Below, piece after piece: positions 62,101 to 64,000 of a DNA stretch of 64,000 bases. Position numbers and translations under genes: made by a program. Positions within the stretch are counted from its first letter, which is position 1; every line of letters begins with the position of its first letter. The notes beneath the pieces are model-generated. The model did not search any database. It was not told the origin of the DNA and saw only the letters and a program-made list of their open reading frames with translations. Source of the stretch: Pseudomonadota bacterium. Lineage in GTDB: Bacteria > Pseudomonadota > Gammaproteobacteria > Xanthomonadales > Xanthomonadaceae. The stretch is taken from assembly GCA_021821195.1 (NCBI GenBank), contig JAKACT010000007.1, positions 11,442-75,441 on the forward strand, read 5' to 3'.

Positions 62101-63110
62101 ATGTTCCGATCGTTTTGCCTAGCCCTAGGGCTGGCGTTGTCGTGCTTTGCCGCCGTAGCCAAGACCCCCATGTACCTACGCCCATCGCCCATGACCTGCC
62201 GGTGGAATTGATCCTCAACCAGCACGAGATCGCGATCGACGTACCCGCCACCGCCACTGCGGTGGGCATGCAGTTCGGCCTCATCGGTGCGCTCGTCGGC
62301 AGCGCGATACAGAACTCGCAGGCCAAGAAGGCCGAAGAGCGCGTGGTGCCGCTGCGCGACATGCTGGTCGAATACCGCTTCAACGAGCGCATGGAGGCGG
62401 CGATTCGCGCCAAGTTGGCCTCCGAGGGCCTTTCGCCCAACCCGCAGCTGACGGTGCGGCAGACCCCGTGGGATGCAGCGGAAGCCAATGCCCAGCCAGC
62501 GGCGATGCAGGTGCTGGTGATCGTGCCGCGCTATGCCATGAGCTACGAGCTGCAGCAGCTGACCGTGACGTTGATGGCGTCGCTGATCCAGCGCACGCCC
62601 AAGGCCAACGGCAAGTACAAGACCAAGGCCCTGTTCAGCCGCAACTACTCGTTCGACTTCCCGATGCTCGCTGCGCCTGGCCAAGACGGGCAATTGATGT
62701 CGCAGTGGAGCGCGCTTGGCAGCGTCGGGATGTCGCGCGTGCTCGACCAGGGCATCGAGCAGGTGACCGACATGCTCGTGCATGATTTTTCCCCGGCCGG
62801 GCGTGCGGAATGGGGCATGACAGGCAAGGGCCAGGTCGCCACCGTAGCCGGGCGTGGCTACCCCGGCCAGCAGGTGCGGCAGGGTGAGGGTTGGGCGTGG
62901 GTGCGCTCCGGCAAGGGTTGGATGCAGGCGCTGCAGGGTCATCGCCCGTTGGATGCGGCGGCCATCTCCGCGCTGTCCGCCCCGGCCGTGGCGCCGGCAC
63001 CCGCCGCCGAGGTGCAGGCCCCGGCTACCGAACTGCAGGCACCGACCGCCGAACTGCAGGCACCCGCCGCCGCCGCCGCGGAGGCTGCGCCGGTCGGCAG
63101 TGGGGGCTGA
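62101..63110 (+). pseudogene. Secreted hypothetical protein (~336 aa if repaired) split by a 1-nt frameshift near 62165-62183
   Basis: SD plus ATG 62101 encodes the signal peptide MFRSFCLALGLALSCFAAVA, then stops at 62211; the long open frame continues PIAHDLPVELILNQ... to 63110; may be a sequencing error. Confidence 0.72.
63006..63068 (+). repeat. Three 21-bp coding repeats (AEVQAPA/TELQAPT/AELQAPA)
   Basis: Consensus RCCGARSTGCAGGCMCCSRCY at 63006, 63027 and 63048. Confidence 0.85.
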
Positions 63111-63113
63111 CCC

Positions 63114-63638
63114 GTGGCGAGGATGACGCCACGATTGCTTGTGCTGCCATGCGTGGTGGCGGGCTTGGTCGGTTGCGCGGCGAAGGTGCATCGGGTCGCG
63201 GTGGATCCGGCGCGCCTGGCCATGCCGGTGGCGACCAAGCTTGCCTGCGGGTACCGGCTGCACGAGGTCGTCGATGCCCGGCCTTCGAGCGAACGCTCCG
63301 GTGGGCTGGGCAATCATTTGTTCCTGTTCGACGATGTGCCCGGCGTGGTTCGGCAGCAGTTTGGCAACGCCGGCTTGGGCGGACAGTCGGATGGCCCCGG
63401 CGTGGACGTGCGGATCCTGCAGTTCTACCTAACCCAGAACACCATCACCAAGATCCCGGTTGCCGTGTACGAAGTGCGCGTCGATGGCGGGGCGCCCTTC
63501 CTGGTGCGCTCGCAGAAGGCGTCGATGAACTGGAACGGTACCGAGAACGAGGCCTACAGTGCTTACGCGGCGGCGCTTGCGGATGCCGCCGGGCAGGTCG
63601 TGGCGCGGCTCAACACGGACTGCGCGAAAGCCGGCTGA
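63114..63638 (+). CDS. Uncharacterised lipoprotein (possibly YajG-like)
   Basis: Lipobox LVGC after a hydrophobic stretch; VVDARP motif; starts 3 nt after the upstream stop (alternative ATG 63123). Confidence 0.72.
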   Translation: MARMTPRLLVLPCVVAGLVGCAAKVHRVAVDPARLAMPVATKLACGYRLHEVVDARPSSERSGGLGNHLFLFDDVPGVVRQQFGNAGLGGQSDGPGVDVRILQFYLTQNTITKIPVAVYEVRVDGGAPFLVRSQKASMNWNGTENEAYSAYAAALADAAGQVVARLNTDCAKAG

Positions 63639-63669
63639 CCGGCTCCCGGCGCGGATCCGGCGCATCCCG

Positions 63670-63697
63670 GGGGCGAGGCGTCTTGGCCTCGCCCCTT
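63670..63697 (+). terminator. Hairpin after the lipoprotein gene, possible weak terminator
   Basis: GGGGCGAGGC-N6-GCCTCGCCCC then TT; poor U-tail. Confidence 0.5.
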
Positions 63698-63748
63698 GGT
63701 TGCCCGCCATCCCGAACGGCCGGCAGCCGGGGCCCGGATTGGCCGCGG

Positions 63749-63757
63749 TGGTACAAT
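63749..63757 (+). promoter_or_regulatory. Extended -10 element upstream of the FMN riboswitch
   Basis: TGG-TACAAT about 36 nt before the aptamer. Confidence 0.55.
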
Positions 63758-63793
63758 GTGCACGCCGGGATGCCGGCGATAACCACAACGAAA

Positions 63794-63959
63794 CGTCTTC
63801 AGGGCGGGGTGCGATTCCCCACCGGCGGTAGGCGCGGCGTGTCCTCCCCCGAGGTGCCCCGTGCGAGCCCGCGAGCGCTTTCTGGCCAGCATGGCGGAAA
63901 GGCCAGCAGACCCGGTCGAATGCCGGGGCCGACGGTCATAGTCCGGATGATAGAAGACG
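63794..63959 (+). ncRNA. FMN riboswitch (RFN element)
   Basis: CGTCTTCAGGGCGGGGTGCGATTCCCCACCGGCGGT...GCCCGCGAGCGC...CAGACCCGGTCGAATGCCGGGGCCGACGGTCATAGTCCGGATGATAGAAGACG. Confidence 0.97.
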
Positions 63960-64000
63960 CACCCGCGCGGCCCGGTCGCGCGTCTGCGCGCGCCATGCGG

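Overview
High-GC chromosomal segment whose gene content and order (pepA-holC-valS, lptFG, xerD-dsbC-purL-xpsEFGHIJKLMND, glyA-nrdR-ribD, copLAB) point to a Xanthomonadaceae/Lysobacteraceae gammaproteobacterium; this is an inference from synteny and the genus was not determined. In order: 3' end of glmS; thymidine phosphorylase and cytidine deaminase (convergent); MASE3-GGDEF-EAL protein; TetR-MFP-ABC exporter operon with a perfect operator palindrome; cobalamin riboswitch plus btuB; TfoX-C protein and fRMsr; bioD; a long intergenic inverted repeat; an RND pump pair; a PlpD-like patatin-Omp85 protein; phasin; rppH; tRNA-Met; a five-gene copper-resistance cluster; a PAS-PAS-GGDEF cyclase; valS-holC-pepA; lptFG; RDD protein; xerD-dsbC-purL; a complete Xps type II secretion operon with two coupled GT2-fold genes; pyrF; ettA; DUF1176; glyA-nrdR-ribD; a frameshifted secreted protein plus lipoprotein; an FMN riboswitch at the right edge. 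I found no transposase, phage gene, CRISPR array or recognisable defence system, and most of the window is housekeeping. I cannot claim a demonstrably new system. The best leads are the T2SS-coupled active/degenerate glycosyltransferase pair, the split secreted-protein/lipoprotein module between ribD and the FMN riboswitch, clamp-binding-like C-terminal motifs, the compact cop cluster beside tRNA-Met and several operator-like palindromes. Start codons were picked by eye and family names come from motif recognition, not database searches.
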